DNA of 64,000 nt from Minisyncoccia bacterium (GCA_046293175.1 JBKBPM010000001.1:511847-575846); one strand, 5' to 3'; counted from the stretch's first letter, positions 17,896 to 28,413 are shown. Numbers and translations: made by a program. Notes: a model not told the origin generated them from the sequence alone.

Positions 17896-18029
17896 GTGCC
17901 GGGAAGTAAAGTGTGTGGGACACACTTTACGCGGGATTCGAAGACCTTGCCTGCTATTTTGTGAGGTACGAAACAAAATAGTGACAAGGTGTACTGAAGC
18001 TGTAAGCTTCGAATCCCTCCCGGCGCACA
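17896..18029 (+). repeat. tRNA-associated structured repeat, copy A, with a perfect 24-nt duplicate of the tRNA-Tyr 3' end
   Basis: Hairpin gtaaagtgtgt-ggga-cacactttac, then the core gattcgaagaccttgcctgctattttgtgaggtacgaaacaaaatagtgacaaggtgtactgaagctgtaagc, then gcttcgaatccctcccggcgcaca (18006-18029). The last segment matches tRNA-Tyr 17829-17852 at 22/24 positions. Confidence 0.65.
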
Positions 18030-18094
18030 ACAACTGATTAGAATGCAATGTATTTGGATCATTACCTATTCCATCGACACTGTTCGATACTCGA

Positions 18095-18787
18095 TTAAAC
18101 TATAATCGCAACGTTTAGAATCTTTGGTTCTGGAGCATATACGCCATATTGAAAAGTGGAGCTACTCACCCATTTGGTATCGAATACCGGACCACCGTAC
18201 CCACAGCCGCCTGACCAGAAACTTTCATGATCTGCTATAGAAACTTTTTTGATGGTTGACATTGTTTCTAAGTCAATAATTGAAATTGTCGTTGTGGGAT
18301 TGTAGTAATCAATTATATTTGTGAGATATCTACCCTCTGGAGACAAATCTTCACCATCAGCATAACTAATAGCAAAATCTGTCTTGAAAAAACTTTTTCC
18401 TTTTATATCAAATCCATACACTAAACTTTCTCTGGAACTATATGTTAATGTTTTCACAAAAATTATTCCCGTGAGTTGTGACCTATAGATAGGTTCAATC
18501 ACCGGACCATATGTTGGTTGTACAGAAAATTGATTTTCAAATATAGTTTGAAGCTCTGTATTTGTTGGTAAAGACGTATTTGTTGCCATTGATGACACTT
18601 GACTTGATGTTGCAATAACTGTCTCCACATTTTGAATCATCACTTTATTTTGAACGAATTCATAACCCACATACCCACCCAAAAGTGGTAGGAGTACGAA
18701 CAATGTGAGTACTAAATATTTTGATAGTGGAGTGACTTTTTTCAACGGCGCTATAAGACTCTCCTCTTCATGCTGTTGCGGTTCCAT
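18095..18787 (-). CDS. hypothetical membrane-anchored protein (AT-rich gene)
   Basis: 230 aa with an N-terminal TM (LVLTLFVLLPLLGGYVGY). AT-rich codon usage. Confidence 0.45.
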   Translation of the reverse strand: MEPQQHEEESLIAPLKKVTPLSKYLVLTLFVLLPLLGGYVGYEFVQNKVMIQNVETVIATSSQVSSMATNTSLPTNTELQTIFENQFSVQPTYGPVIEPIYRSQLTGIIFVKTLTYSSRESLVYGFDIKGKSFFKTDFAISYADGEDLSPEGRYLTNIIDYYNPTTTISIIDLETMSTIKKVSIADHESFWSGGCGYGGPVFDTKWVSSSTFQYGVYAPEPKILNVAIIV

Positions 18788-18879
18788 TCTAACAATACTA
18801 CCATGTTCGCCACTACCAATTTCGCAAAATCAGCGTATAATCTCCCCAAACTGAAACCTCAGCACAAGGGAGAAACACT

Positions 18880-19416
18880 GTGCGCCTGATCCTTAAAGTA
18901 CTACTCCTGTCTACCACCCTATCAAACGCTTCCCTGGCTGAGGGAACGTATACTCCCAAGCCGCTGCCCGCCCATCTGCAAGATTGTGTCGACGCAGCTA
19001 TCCGTGATTTGGCTCTCTCTGATGGGAAACGCGACACGATCGAGAAACTCTTCAACAAACACGTCGACCGAAACGGGCTCGGGTATCGCGTATGGAAACG
19101 TGCTTGGGCTAATGGCACGAAAAAGTGGCGAGCCAAAGCCATCGAACTCTACATCGACACGCTCATGCTCGTGGCTAAAGATGCCAAGGCGGGCGCTACG
19201 GTCATTCGGGTGGACAGTCGCTTGGCTGACCACGCAGAACGGGGTGCCAACAACGGCAACGGACTCTGGCAAATCGCCTTCAGTGCCCACCTGTCTGACG
19301 GACGCATCGTAAGCGCCGGCGCCCTGGTCACTGATCAATGCAAAGCAGTCGAGTTCATTCATGGTACCTGGGTTGGTAGACAGATCCCTGCCGCCCTGGT
19401 TGATGCGCAGCTCTAA
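18880..19416 (+). CDS. hypothetical secreted protein
   Basis: 178 aa with a signal peptide and a GTG start. A terminator hairpin ggccgcccggg...cccgggcggtc plus T-run lies at about 19425-19462. Confidence 0.45.
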   Translation: MRLILKVLLLSTTLSNASLAEGTYTPKPLPAHLQDCVDAAIRDLALSDGKRDTIEKLFNKHVDRNGLGYRVWKRAWANGTKKWRAKAIELYIDTLMLVAKDAKAGATVIRVDSRLADHAERGANNGNGLWQIAFSAHLSDGRIVSAGALVTDQCKAVEFIHGTWVGRQIPAALVDAQL

Positions 19417-19494
19417 GACCTAAGGCCGCCCGGGAGTACACTCGGGCGGTCTTTCACTTTTTCTTTCTATTATTCATAAGGTATACTGTCTTTC

Positions 19495-21048
19495 ATGACC
19501 ACCCTATCCCGCCGCCTCCTTCTGTTGACTGTTTTTATTACTGGTGCTGCTGTGCTTATTTTTGAAGTCGGCGCCATGCGTCTCCTCACTCCGTACTACG
19601 GATCATCCCTCACCGTTGTCTCAAGCGTCCTCTCGATTATTCTCCTCGCCCTGAGTCTCGGCTACTACTTTGGTGGACGACTGGCTGACCGCGCTCCGCA
19701 TCTCTCGCTGCTTATGCACATCATCGGAAGTGCAGGGGTTCTCATGCTTGGCCTCCTTTACACTGCACTATTCCTTCTCCCAAGTGTGGCTCCAGCACTT
19801 GGACAAAGCACTGGGCCACTTATTATCTCAGCCGTGATTTTCTTTTTACCAGCTTGTCTCCTTGGCGCTGACTCGCCATTTGTTTCAAAACTCCTTGCGA
19901 GCGGCACTGACAGTGAAGGAGCGGTGGTTGGGACAGTCTTCTTCCTCAGTACCATCGGGAGTATCATCGGGAGCCTTGCTGCTGGTTTCTATCTCATCCC
20001 TAGCTTTGGTCTCTCCACCACACTGGCACTGACCGGACTGGTGCTTGTGCTCTGGAGCATGGGTGTCCTTTGCCTCGTTGGTTACAAAAATAACAACCTT
20101 ACACTTCAGACCTTGGTACTCGCTGGCGCGATGATTTGTATCGCCATTCTCATTGCTGTAGTGAGTATCAAAACCCCACCACACAGTCGCGGTAAGCTCA
20201 TCTATCAGCAAGACGGTCTCTATTCACAACTGACAGTGTTTGAAGAAGAATTTCGCGGTACCACGTACCGCTTTTTAAAAAACGATAGTAACTACTCGTC
20301 AGCGATTATTCCTGGCAGCAGTGAAATGGCCTTTCCGTACGCTGCACTTGCGCTCACCTATAGAGATATGGTTACCAATGCTTCATCGTATCTCGTCCTC
20401 GGTGGTGGAGCATTCACCATTCCTCGCCATGTCCACCTCGATAATCCCAGTATCACAATTGATACGGTTGAACTCGAGCCCTATCTCCTCCCTATTGCAG
20501 CACAATATTTTGAACTGCCCACTTCTACACTGCTGCGCAATCATACGATTGATGCGCGAGTTTTCTTAGAACAAGCAACTACTACTTATGATGTGATTTT
20601 TTCTGATGTCATGAATAGTGGTCTCTTTATTCCACCTCATCTCCTCACTAAAGAGTTTTTTCAAAGTCTTAAACGGAGTCTCGCGCCAGGTGGAGTCGCC
20701 TACCTCAACTACATCGGCAGTCTCGATACCTACGGAACGAGCATGACCGGCTCGCTTATCAAAACTTTGAGCTCTGTGTTTCCAAACTACGCCCTTGTCC
20801 CCATGACGAGTACAACCGAAAAAAAATTACAAAACATTATGATTGTGGTACGACACGATAATGCACCAATTTTGTTTAGTCCTGACACCCGAATACAAAA
20901 TCGTCTCTATAGCTATGACTATCCCGTACGAGACCATCTCACCAGCATCCCAGCCGACACACTTGAAGACGAAGTGGTGTTCACTGATAATCGTCCGGGG
21001 ATGGAGCCACTGCTCGCCAAACAGTTCAGATTACACGGTGAGCAATAA
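19495..21048 (+). CDS. polytopic membrane protein fused to spermidine-synthase-like (PABS) domain
   Basis: 517 aa. About 6 N-terminal TM helices, then a PABS-like Rossmann domain (LVLGGGAFTIPRHVHLD...IDTVELEP..., DVIFSDV). Confidence 0.6.
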   Translation: MTTLSRRLLLLTVFITGAAVLIFEVGAMRLLTPYYGSSLTVVSSVLSIILLALSLGYYFGGRLADRAPHLSLLMHIIGSAGVLMLGLLYTALFLLPSVAPALGQSTGPLIISAVIFFLPACLLGADSPFVSKLLASGTDSEGAVVGTVFFLSTIGSIIGSLAAGFYLIPSFGLSTTLALTGLVLVLWSMGVLCLVGYKNNNLTLQTLVLAGAMICIAILIAVVSIKTPPHSRGKLIYQQDGLYSQLTVFEEEFRGTTYRFLKNDSNYSSAIIPGSSEMAFPYAALALTYRDMVTNASSYLVLGGGAFTIPRHVHLDNPSITIDTVELEPYLLPIAAQYFELPTSTLLRNHTIDARVFLEQATTTYDVIFSDVMNSGLFIPPHLLTKEFFQSLKRSLAPGGVAYLNYIGSLDTYGTSMTGSLIKTLSSVFPNYALVPMTSTTEKKLQNIMIVVRHDNAPILFSPDTRIQNRLYSYDYPVRDHLTSIPADTLEDEVVFTDNRPGMEPLLAKQFRLHGEQ

Positions 21049-21090
21049 ACAAAAGCCCTTCTACTAGTGGAAGGGCTTTTGTTTATTTTT
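21049..21090. terminator. bidirectional terminator shared by the 19495 gene and clpB
   Basis: aaaagcccttc-tactagtg-gaagggctttt flanked by T/A runs. Confidence 0.7.
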
Positions 21091-21091
21091 C

Positions 21092-23809
21092 TTATTTCGT
21101 TGCGAGGACTGCAGGGGCAGGCGCTGGCACCTTTTTGCTTTGAGCACTACGTGAGAGCGCTTTTTTCTTCACGTCAAAGACAAGTTCGTCTTTTTTCAGG
21201 TCTACGCGAACAGTACCGCCACGCAACATACCTTCTTGGATCATCATATTGGCAACAGGAGTAAGGATCTTACTCTGGATGACACGCTTTAGTGGGCGAG
21301 CACCAAACTTTGGATCATAGCCTTCTTTAGCAAGGTAATCGAGGACAGCATCACTAACCGAAAGCGCTATCTCCTTGCTACGCAAACGCTTCGTGACATC
21401 TTCAACCTGAAGAGACACAATACTACGCACGGTCTCAGGTGAGAGAATATCAAAGATGATAATTTCATCCAGTCGGTTGAGGAACTCTGGACGGAAGAAG
21501 TGTTTGAGACTTTCCATCACCTTGTCCTTGGCTTGAGTGTACTGCGCCTGCTCACCACGATCATGCGTGAAGCCCCAATTAGACATCCGGTCGATGTGTT
21601 CGGCACCAATGTTGGAAGTCATGATGATGACCGTGTTCCGGAAGTTGATCTTGCGTCCCTTGGCGTCAGTGAGGTGTCCAGAATCAAGTACCTGCAAGAG
21701 CACGTTAAATACTTCAGGATGGGCCTTCTCGACTTCATCGAGGAGAATCACGGAGTATGGTCGGTGGCGAACACGCTCAGCAATGTTGCCGCCTTCTTCG
21801 TGACCAACGTACCCTGGTGGCGAACCAATAATCTTTGAGACCGAGTGTTTCTCCATGAACTCAGACATATCGATGCGCACCATCGCATCTGGGTCATTAA
21901 ACATAAATTCGGCGAGCGCCCGTGAGAGCTCCGTCTTACCAACACCAGTTGGACCAAGGAAGAGGAACGAACCAATTGGACGATTTGGATCTGCGATACC
22001 AGCGCGTGAGCGCTTAATAGCATCGGCGACGAGCTTAATGGCATGATCTTGCCCAACCACCTTCTTCTTGAGGTCTTCTTCGATACGGGCGAGCTTCTCA
22101 GCTTCGGCTTCAAGCATGCGTGAGACCGGGATACCCGTCCACCGTGAGACCACGGACGCGATATCTTCTTCGGTCACCTCTTCTTTAAGGAGGCGGCGAC
22201 TGCGCTGGAGTTTCTTGAGACGCTTCTGATGCACTTCGAGTTCACGTTCGATACTTGGGATACTGTCGTAGCGGATTTCGGCAGCCCGGGCGAGGTCGGC
22301 CATCGCCTCAGCACTTTCCGCTTCAAGACGGAGCTCTTCGAGCTCTTTCTTCCGTTTACTCATAGCATCAAGGGCTTCCTTTTCATTATTCCACTTTGTT
22401 TCAAGCGCGGAGGTAGTCTCACGAAGTTCGCCGATCTCGCTATCAATTTCTTTCAGGCGATCTTTGATACGCTTCTTTTGTTCGGTCGAGAGGTCAGAAA
22501 CGCCTGATTCTTTCTTAAGTGCTTCCTTCTCAATTTCGAGACGACGAATCTGGCGATCTGATACGACGAGTTCTTCAGGCTTATTCTCAAGTGAGATACG
22601 CAGCGCCGACGCGGCTTCGTCAATAAGGTCCACTGCCTTGTCAGGCAAGAAGCGGTCGGTGATGTACCGGGACGAAAGATTGACCGCACTCACGATTGCA
22701 TCGTCAGTAATACGGACACCATGGAAGAGTTCATACTTCTCTGCGATACCACGCAAAATCGCAATTGCGTCTTCGTGCGATGGTTCGTTTACATACACTG
22801 GCTGGAAGCGACGAGTCAGCGCTGGATCACGTTCGATATGCTTTTGGTATTCTTTGAGTGTTGTCGCGCCAATGACCCGCATCTCACCGCGTGCCAGGGC
22901 GGGTTTAAGCATATTTGACGCATCCATCGAACCTTCCGCCTGACCAGCCCCCACAATCGTATGGAGCTCGTCAATAAACAAAATGATTTGGCCTTGAGCA
23001 GATTCAACTTCTTTCATTACTGCCTTAAGGCGCTCTTCAAATTCGCCACGAAACTTTGTCCCGGCAACGAGGAGACCCAAGTCAAGCGAGAGAATCTCTT
23101 TACCCTTGATAGACTCTGGTACCTGATTCTGTGCAATCTGCTGGGCGAGACCTTCAGCAATCGCGGTCTTTCCAACACCTGCCTCACCAATGAGGACTGG
23201 ATTGTTCTTGGTGCGACGAGAGAGGATCTGCACCACCCGCTGTACTTCCACATCTCGTCCAATGACTGGGTCGAGTTTGTTTTCTTGCGCGAGCTTCGTG
23301 AGGTTACGGGTGTACTTCGCAAGTGAACGAAACTTTTTTGGGGTCTCGGCATCAGAGACACGGTTCTCACGAATCTCTTTGATAGTGTTCATAACACGGG
23401 TCTTGTCGATACCAGCACGCTGCATGATTTCTATCGCTGGTCCAGGATTTTCGAGGACTGCCATAAAGAGGTGTTCAACACCCACGTACGAATCACCAAG
23501 CTGTTCAGCAAGCTGTCCGGAGTATTCAAGTGCCTTCGCGAGATCGGCCGTGAGGTAGAGCTGATACGATTGTGAGACCGTCGTCGCTGATTCCGGTCCT
23601 TCAAGTGCTTCAAGGAGGAGATCGGTGAGCGCAATAATATCAATATCCATTCGGTCGAGCACCGAAATAACCATACTCTCTTCTTGGAGAGCAAGTGCGG
23701 TCATGAGGTGAACTGGACTTACATGGTTTTGCCCGCGTTCAATGGCGAGTTCGTGAGCCTTTCTGATAGCCTCCTTCGCTTTTGATGTAAAATTGTGAAA
23801 ACTAGGCAT
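21092..23809 (-). CDS. clpB: ATP-dependent chaperone ClpB
   Basis: 905 aa. Clp N-domain, two AAA+ modules ([33 protein letters not shown]) and a long middle coiled-coil. Confidence 0.95.
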   Translation of the reverse strand: MPSFHNFTSKAKEAIRKAHELAIERGQNHVSPVHLMTALALQEESMVISVLDRMDIDIIALTDLLLEALEGPESATTVSQSYQLYLTADLAKALEYSGQLAEQLGDSYVGVEHLFMAVLENPGPAIEIMQRAGIDKTRVMNTIKEIRENRVSDAETPKKFRSLAKYTRNLTKLAQENKLDPVIGRDVEVQRVVQILSRRTKNNPVLIGEAGVGKTAIAEGLAQQIAQNQVPESIKGKEILSLDLGLLVAGTKFRGEFEERLKAVMKEVESAQGQIILFIDELHTIVGAGQAEGSMDASNMLKPALARGEMRVIGATTLKEYQKHIERDPALTRRFQPVYVNEPSHEDAIAILRGIAEKYELFHGVRITDDAIVSAVNLSSRYITDRFLPDKAVDLIDEAASALRISLENKPEELVVSDRQIRRLEIEKEALKKESGVSDLSTEQKKRIKDRLKEIDSEIGELRETTSALETKWNNEKEALDAMSKRKKELEELRLEAESAEAMADLARAAEIRYDSIPSIERELEVHQKRLKKLQRSRRLLKEEVTEEDIASVVSRWTGIPVSRMLEAEAEKLARIEEDLKKKVVGQDHAIKLVADAIKRSRAGIADPNRPIGSFLFLGPTGVGKTELSRALAEFMFNDPDAMVRIDMSEFMEKHSVSKIIGSPPGYVGHEEGGNIAERVRHRPYSVILLDEVEKAHPEVFNVLLQVLDSGHLTDAKGRKINFRNTVIIMTSNIGAEHIDRMSNWGFTHDRGEQAQYTQAKDKVMESLKHFFRPEFLNRLDEIIIFDILSPETVRSIVSLQVEDVTKRLRSKEIALSVSDAVLDYLAKEGYDPKFGARPLKRVIQSKILTPVANMMIQEGMLRGGTVRVDLKKDELVFDVKKKALSRSAQSKKVPAPAPAVLATK

Positions 23810-23959
23810 GACAATAGAATTATACAGTACTTCCTTGAGGGAGACGGGCGCACCGTGAGGGTGTTACAGAGAGCAGTCAATCGGGAGTGGAAGTACTCAC
23901 ATAATGCTATAAAAAACACCTTTTGTCCAACTTGAGCAACCGGTTTGGTTTTTCTTTTT

Positions 23960-25183
23960 TTATGTGGTTTTTGCTAAATGCTTTGTGAGTACCACGAGTA
24001 ATCGATCAATGTCAGCAGTGGTGGTATCAGGACCAAGGGTGAAGCGTAGCGTTGAAGTTGCCCTGACTTCGTCATTCGTCATCGCGAGCACGACCTGACT
24101 CGCTCCCCCACCCTTTGAGCTACACGCACTCTTCGTGCTCGCGGCGATACCGTGCGTATCAAGCGTAATCACCGCAAACTCGGCATCGAGGCCCGGGATA
24201 GAAATATGAATATTGTTGGCGACACGGTCGGGACCCACCGGACCATTAACAATTGCTTGTGGCAGTTGCTTCGCGATTTCCGTCAGTGCGTAGTCGCGCA
24301 CACGAGTCACCGCCTCGCTGCGGGACTGCCAATCACTCTGGGCTTCTCGGAGCGCGGTCGCAAAAGCTGCGACAAGGTGCACTGGTTCAGTACCGGGACG
24401 CAGTCCCATCTCCTGCCCACCACCACGCAAGAGTGGTGCCACGGCCACCCCTTTCTTCATCACCAGTGCACCAATGCCTTTGCCACCACCGCACTTTCCG
24501 CCATCAAGCGAGAGCAGGTCCGCCCCAATGCGCACGAGCTGACATGGGAGCCATAGTGGCGCTTGTGCACCATCCACATGGAGCAAAATCTCTGTTCCTA
24601 CTTTCTTTTCGACTTCATTAAGAAGGCGTCGCACGGCGCGTGTATCGGTAATCACTCCAACTTCACTATTCACGTAAGCAAGGGTCAAAAGGACTACACT
24701 TTTGTCGATCAGCGTACGGAGTATTGCCATATCAAGCTGTCCATCAATTTTGACTGGTGCATACACCACCTTGACGCCGAGAGCCGCGAGACCCTCAAGC
24801 GTACGAAGCGTCGCTGGATGCTCGAGCTTCGTCGAGATAATCGTCATCGATTCGTAATCACGTCCAGAGGTCCTTTGTGATTCGATCACGCCACGAATAG
24901 CGAGATTGTTACTTTCGGTACCACCGCTCGTGAACACCACTCCACTTTCCTGCACCTCAAGCGTCCGGGCGACTTCAGTTCGAAATTCCTCAAGGGCACG
25001 CTTGGCGGTCACCCCCTCTTTGTGAATACCACCCGGATTACCAAAATCCGCACGTAAAAAGTGAGTCATAGCGGCTACAGCGGCGGCCGTCATTGGGGTG
25101 GCAGCAGCGAAATCGAGATAGATACGTCTTGGAGTACGAGGTCTTACCTCGAACTGAGGTTTTAACCAGTTCGGTAATTTCAT
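23960..25183 (-). CDS. cysteine desulfurase (class V aminotransferase, NifS/IscS/SufS-like)
   Basis: 407 aa. YLDFAAATP, GNPGGIH, and PLP-lysine region. Confidence 0.8.
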   Translation of the reverse strand: MKLPNWLKPQFEVRPRTPRRIYLDFAAATPMTAAAVAAMTHFLRADFGNPGGIHKEGVTAKRALEEFRTEVARTLEVQESGVVFTSGGTESNNLAIRGVIESQRTSGRDYESMTIISTKLEHPATLRTLEGLAALGVKVVYAPVKIDGQLDMAILRTLIDKSVVLLTLAYVNSEVGVITDTRAVRRLLNEVEKKVGTEILLHVDGAQAPLWLPCQLVRIGADLLSLDGGKCGGGKGIGALVMKKGVAVAPLLRGGGQEMGLRPGTEPVHLVAAFATALREAQSDWQSRSEAVTRVRDYALTEIAKQLPQAIVNGPVGPDRVANNIHISIPGLDAEFAVITLDTHGIAASTKSACSSKGGGASQVVLAMTNDEVRATSTLRFTLGPDTTTADIDRLLVVLTKHLAKTT

Positions 25184-25298
25184 GCGGAAATCATGACACG
25201 GGCTGTTATTTCTGTAAATATCTGCTATACTGCGACCACTTATTTTAGTAGCCGCCGAACTTCCGGCATGTTTCTCAAAACCGTAGCAATTATCACGT

Positions 25299-26795
25299 AT
25301 GGCAAAAGCAGTAAAAACAACGGGCAGTATCGAAAAGCGACCACCAGTGGTTGTGGTAATGGGTCATATCGACCACGGTAAGTCGACCCTCCTCGATTAC
25401 ATCCGCAAGACCAACGTGGTTGATGGTGAAGCCGGTGGTATCACCCAGCACCTCTCTGCCTACGTCGTGAAGCACAAGACCAAAGAAGGCGCTGAGGAAA
25501 AAATCACCTTTCTTGATACTCCAGGACACGCCGCCTTCCAAAAGATGCGCCTGCGTGGTGCAGACGTAGCTGATGTCGCGATTCTTGTCGTTTCAGCCGA
25601 AGACGGTGTGAAGCCTCAGACCCTTGAAGCGCTTAATGCCATCAAAAAAGCCGATATTCCCATGATTGTTGCGATCAACAAAATCGACAAGCCAGGGGCA
25701 GACATCATGCGTACCCAGAGCAGTCTCATCGAACATGAAATTTATATCGAAGGAATGGGTGGAGATATTCCATGGGCACCAATTTCAGCGAAGCAAGGCA
25801 CGGGTGTATCTGACCTCCTTGACCTCGTCATTCTTGCGGCCGATATTCTCGAACTCCAGGGGGACACTGGTGCCACTGCTACTGGTACGGTTGTTGAGGG
25901 TAAACTTGATTCAAAGCGCGGTAACACCGCCACCTTGATCATCAAGAACGGCACCCTCAAGACCGGCCAGTTTGTCGTCTCAGGCAATTCCTTTGCACCA
26001 GTCCGCATCATGGAAGATGCTACCGGTAAGGCCATCAAGGAAGCCGGTCTCTCAGAACCAGTTGGTATTGTGGGATGGAATACCATTCCAAAAGCCGGAT
26101 CTGAATTTTATACGGTTGCCTCAAAGAAAGAGGCAGAGGTCGCCATCAATGAAATTACCACCCCGATTACGACTGCTCACAAGAAAACAAACCTCCCTAC
26201 CATTCCTGTTCTTATCAAAGCGGATGTACTTGGTACTGTCGAAGCGATTGAGCACGAACTCTCACAGTTCACTTCAGAACGTATCACTGTGCGGGTGATT
26301 GACTCGGCTGTTGGTCCAATTACTGCCAACGACGTCCAGGCGGTGAGTGCCACCAAAGACGCGATTATTGTCGGTTTTAATGTCAAGGTAGATCGCGAAG
26401 CCAAAGACCTTGCCGAACGTCTTGGTGTTGAAATCGATACCTTCTCAATCATTTACGAACTCTCTGACTGGCTTAACACCGCACTGAAGAACCGTACACC
26501 CAAGATGGAAGAAAAAGTGGTAACTGGTCACGCCAAAATCCTCAAACATTTCAGTACCCAAAAGTACACTCACGTCCTTGGTGCTCGTATTGAAGACGGA
26601 TTTTTAAAGCAGAACACCAGCGTGCGTGTTCTTCGTCGTGACATCGAAGTTGGTCGCGGTACCATCAAAAACCTCCAACAGATGAAATCTGATGTGAAGC
26701 AGGTCAACGAAGGAGAATTCGGTATGCAAGTAGATGCGAAGTTTGAAATTGCGCCGGGAGATATACTTGAAGGCTTCGAAATGATAATCAGCTAA
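25299..26795 (+). CDS. infB: translation initiation factor IF-2 (short form)
   Basis: 498 aa. G-domain [24 protein letters not shown]...[12 protein letters not shown], followed by the beta-barrel domains. Confidence 0.9.
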   Translation: MAKAVKTTGSIEKRPPVVVVMGHIDHGKSTLLDYIRKTNVVDGEAGGITQHLSAYVVKHKTKEGAEEKITFLDTPGHAAFQKMRLRGADVADVAILVVSAEDGVKPQTLEALNAIKKADIPMIVAINKIDKPGADIMRTQSSLIEHEIYIEGMGGDIPWAPISAKQGTGVSDLLDLVILAADILELQGDTGATATGTVVEGKLDSKRGNTATLIIKNGTLKTGQFVVSGNSFAPVRIMEDATGKAIKEAGLSEPVGIVGWNTIPKAGSEFYTVASKKEAEVAINEITTPITTAHKKTNLPTIPVLIKADVLGTVEAIEHELSQFTSERITVRVIDSAVGPITANDVQAVSATKDAIIVGFNVKVDREAKDLAERLGVEIDTFSIIYELSDWLNTALKNRTPKMEEKVVTGHAKILKHFSTQKYTHVLGARIEDGFLKQNTSVRVLRRDIEVGRGTIKNLQQMKSDVKQVNEGEFGMQVDAKFEIAPGDILEGFEMIIS

Positions 26796-26953
26796 GCGTC
26801 AGTATAAAATAAGCGCTGGCTTTGTTCTCCTTCGTGAAAATCCATTCAATGTACATTACGTACACCTCATGAATTTTCACTTGTCGGCCTCGCCATCATC
26901 TCATTTTCTACAGACTCTGTAACTATCAAACTTAAAGCAATCGAAAACCTATT

Positions 26954-27382
26954 ATGACCAAACAACTCAATTACGACAAACACGATCGCGCCACCTCACT
27001 CATCCGTGAGGTAGTAGCAACGTATATCCGCAATGAGGCGAACTCCAATCCCCTCATCACGGTCACAAACGTCTCTGTCTCCCCTGATTACCGCAAGTAC
27101 ACTGTCTTTTTTACCACTATCCCAGACGGCCGCGAAGATGATGCCCTCGTCTTCCTTAAGCGGTCAGCGAGCGACATCCGGAGCTACGTGAAGAAACACA
27201 CAAAACTCAAGATCATCCCCCATCTTGAGTTCGCCGTTGATTACGGCGAACGTCATCGCCAACACATCGACGAGATTGCCGCTGATATTGATGTACAAGA
27301 AGGGGTGACACAGGAAGAAGTAATCGAACGCCTCCTCGATGCTGGAAGCAAGAAGCCAGAGGCAGAAGAAACAGACAACTAA
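26954..27382 (+). CDS. rbfA: ribosome-binding factor A
   Basis: 142 aa. RbfA KH-like pattern (RATSLIREVVATYIRNE...LITVTNVSVSPDYRKYTVFF...IPHLEF). Conserved infB-rbfA synteny. Confidence 0.8.
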   Translation: MTKQLNYDKHDRATSLIREVVATYIRNEANSNPLITVTNVSVSPDYRKYTVFFTTIPDGREDDALVFLKRSASDIRSYVKKHTKLKIIPHLEFAVDYGERHRQHIDEIAADIDVQEGVTQEEVIERLLDAGSKKPEAEETDN

Positions 27383-27422
27383 AACAAAACCACCAGCCAT
27401 TAGGCTGGTGGTTTTGTTTTTT

Positions 27423-27515
27423 GAAACCAAAGGCGGGATTCGAACTTTACAAGTTCAGTACATGTTGTCGCTCTTTTACAGAAAAGAGCTGGCAACCTTT
27501 TCGAATCCCTTGTCA
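27423..27515 (-). repeat. tRNA-associated structured repeat, copy E (downstream of tRNA-Cys), ending in a diverged copy of the tRNA-Cys 3' end
   Basis: Minus-strand read: aaggttgccagctcttttctgtaaaagagcgacaacatgtactgaacttgtaaagttcgaatcccgcctttggtttca. The plus-strand tgaaaccaaaggcgggattcgaac matches tgagaccgaggcgggattcgaac (the tRNA-Cys 3' end) at 21/24 positions. Confidence 0.6.
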
Positions 27516-27550
27516 AAATAAAACACCCTCAATCGGGTACTTTATTATTG

Positions 27551-27624
27551 AGACCGAGGCGGGATTCGAACCCGCGCGTGGCGGTTTTGCAAACCGCAGT
27601 GTTAACCGCTTCACCACTCGGTCT
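27551..27624 (-). tRNA. tRNA-Cys(GCA)
   Basis: Acceptor GACCGAG/CTCGGTC, anticodon stem GCGGT/ACCGC with loop TTGCAAA, T-arm GCGGG-TTCGAAT-CCCGC, discriminator U. Confidence 0.8.
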
Positions 27625-27716
27625 GTATGCCCGCTACTATAGCATTATATAGACTGTTTACAAACTAAGATAAATTGGTAAACGTGGATAGTATAATATC
27701 ACTATAAGTTTACCAT

Positions 27717-28211
27717 ATGGCAAAAAAACGTACCTGGACAGAAGCCCAATTAAGACAAGCAGTACATGATTCAAAGAGTATTCGCCAAGTTCTCATTATT
27801 TTGGGACTTATCCCTGCTGGAGGCAACTACCAACACGTTGGACAAACTATAAAAAAGCTTGGGATAGATGACTCACATTTTACAGGTATGGGTTGGCGAA
27901 GTGGACGAACTTTTGATTTTGTCCCTCAGCGAACACTTGAATCTATTCTTCAAAAAAACTCCGATTTTCAAAGTTTCAAATTAAAAAAACGGTTATTTCG
28001 CGAAGGTTTAAAACAACCAAAGTGCGAAATGTGCGGCTGGGCAGAAATATCAAATGATGGTAGGATTCCAGTCGAGCTCGACCACATCAATGGAGATCAC
28101 CGTGATAATCGGCTAGAGAATCTGAGAATTCTATGCCCCAATTGTCACAGTCTTCAACCAACACATCGGGGTCGAAATCAAAAGAAACCGCCGGGGTGGC
28201 GAAATCGGTAG
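27717..28211 (+). CDS. HNH endonuclease
   Basis: 164 aa. HNH motif CEMCGWAE...ELDHINGDHRDNRLENLRILCPNCH. The gene is AT-rich and its last 22 nt overlap the 5' end of tRNA-Leu(TAA). Confidence 0.75.
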   Translation: MAKKRTWTEAQLRQAVHDSKSIRQVLIILGLIPAGGNYQHVGQTIKKLGIDDSHFTGMGWRSGRTFDFVPQRTLESILQKNSDFQSFKLKKRLFREGLKQPKCEMCGWAEISNDGRIPVELDHINGDHRDNRLENLRILCPNCHSLQPTHRGRNQKKPPGWRNR

Positions 28212-28276
28212 ACGCGCAACACTTAAAATGTTGTGAGCGAAAGCTCTTATGGGTTCAAGTCCCATTCCCGGCACCA
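28190..28276 (+). tRNA. tRNA-Leu(TAA), CCA encoded
   Basis: Acceptor GCCGGGG/TCCCGGC, anticodon stem CAACA/TGTTG with loop CTTAAAA, long variable arm, T-arm ATGGG-TTCAAGT-CCCAT, A73, CCA. Confidence 0.85.
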
Positions 28277-28278
28277 TA

Positions 28279-28316
28279 ACAAAACACTCCATGGATATGG
28301 AGTGTTTTGTTATTTT
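28279..28316. terminator. perfect hairpin terminator (copy 1 of a duplicated terminator)
   Basis: aacaaaacactccat-ggat-atggagtgttttgtt followed by attttct. The arms are identical to the hairpin at 29094-29126. Confidence 0.7.
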
Positions 28317-28331
28317 CTAAACCAATCATTG

Positions 28332-28413
28332 TGCCCAGGAGAGGACTTGAACCTCCATGAGTCACCTCGCTTGCTCCTAAGGCAAGTGCGTCTACCAATT
28401 TCGCCACCTGGGC
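28332..28413 (-). tRNA. tRNA-Leu(TAG)
   Basis: Acceptor GCCCAGG/CCTGGGC, anticodon stem CTTGC/GCAAG with loop CTTAGGA, long variable arm, T-loop TTCAAGT, A73. Confidence 0.85.

Noticed and set aside
17890-18030. Second tRNA-Tyr gene or intron-containing tRNA downstream of tRNA-Tyr
   Set aside because: Only the 3' 24 nt of the tRNA are duplicated. No 5' half is present, so it is interpreted as the terminal duplicate of repeat element A.
21500-23560. Multiple 60-160-aa ORFs on the plus strand within clpB
   Set aside because: Antisense to a confidently identified clpB. No independent support.
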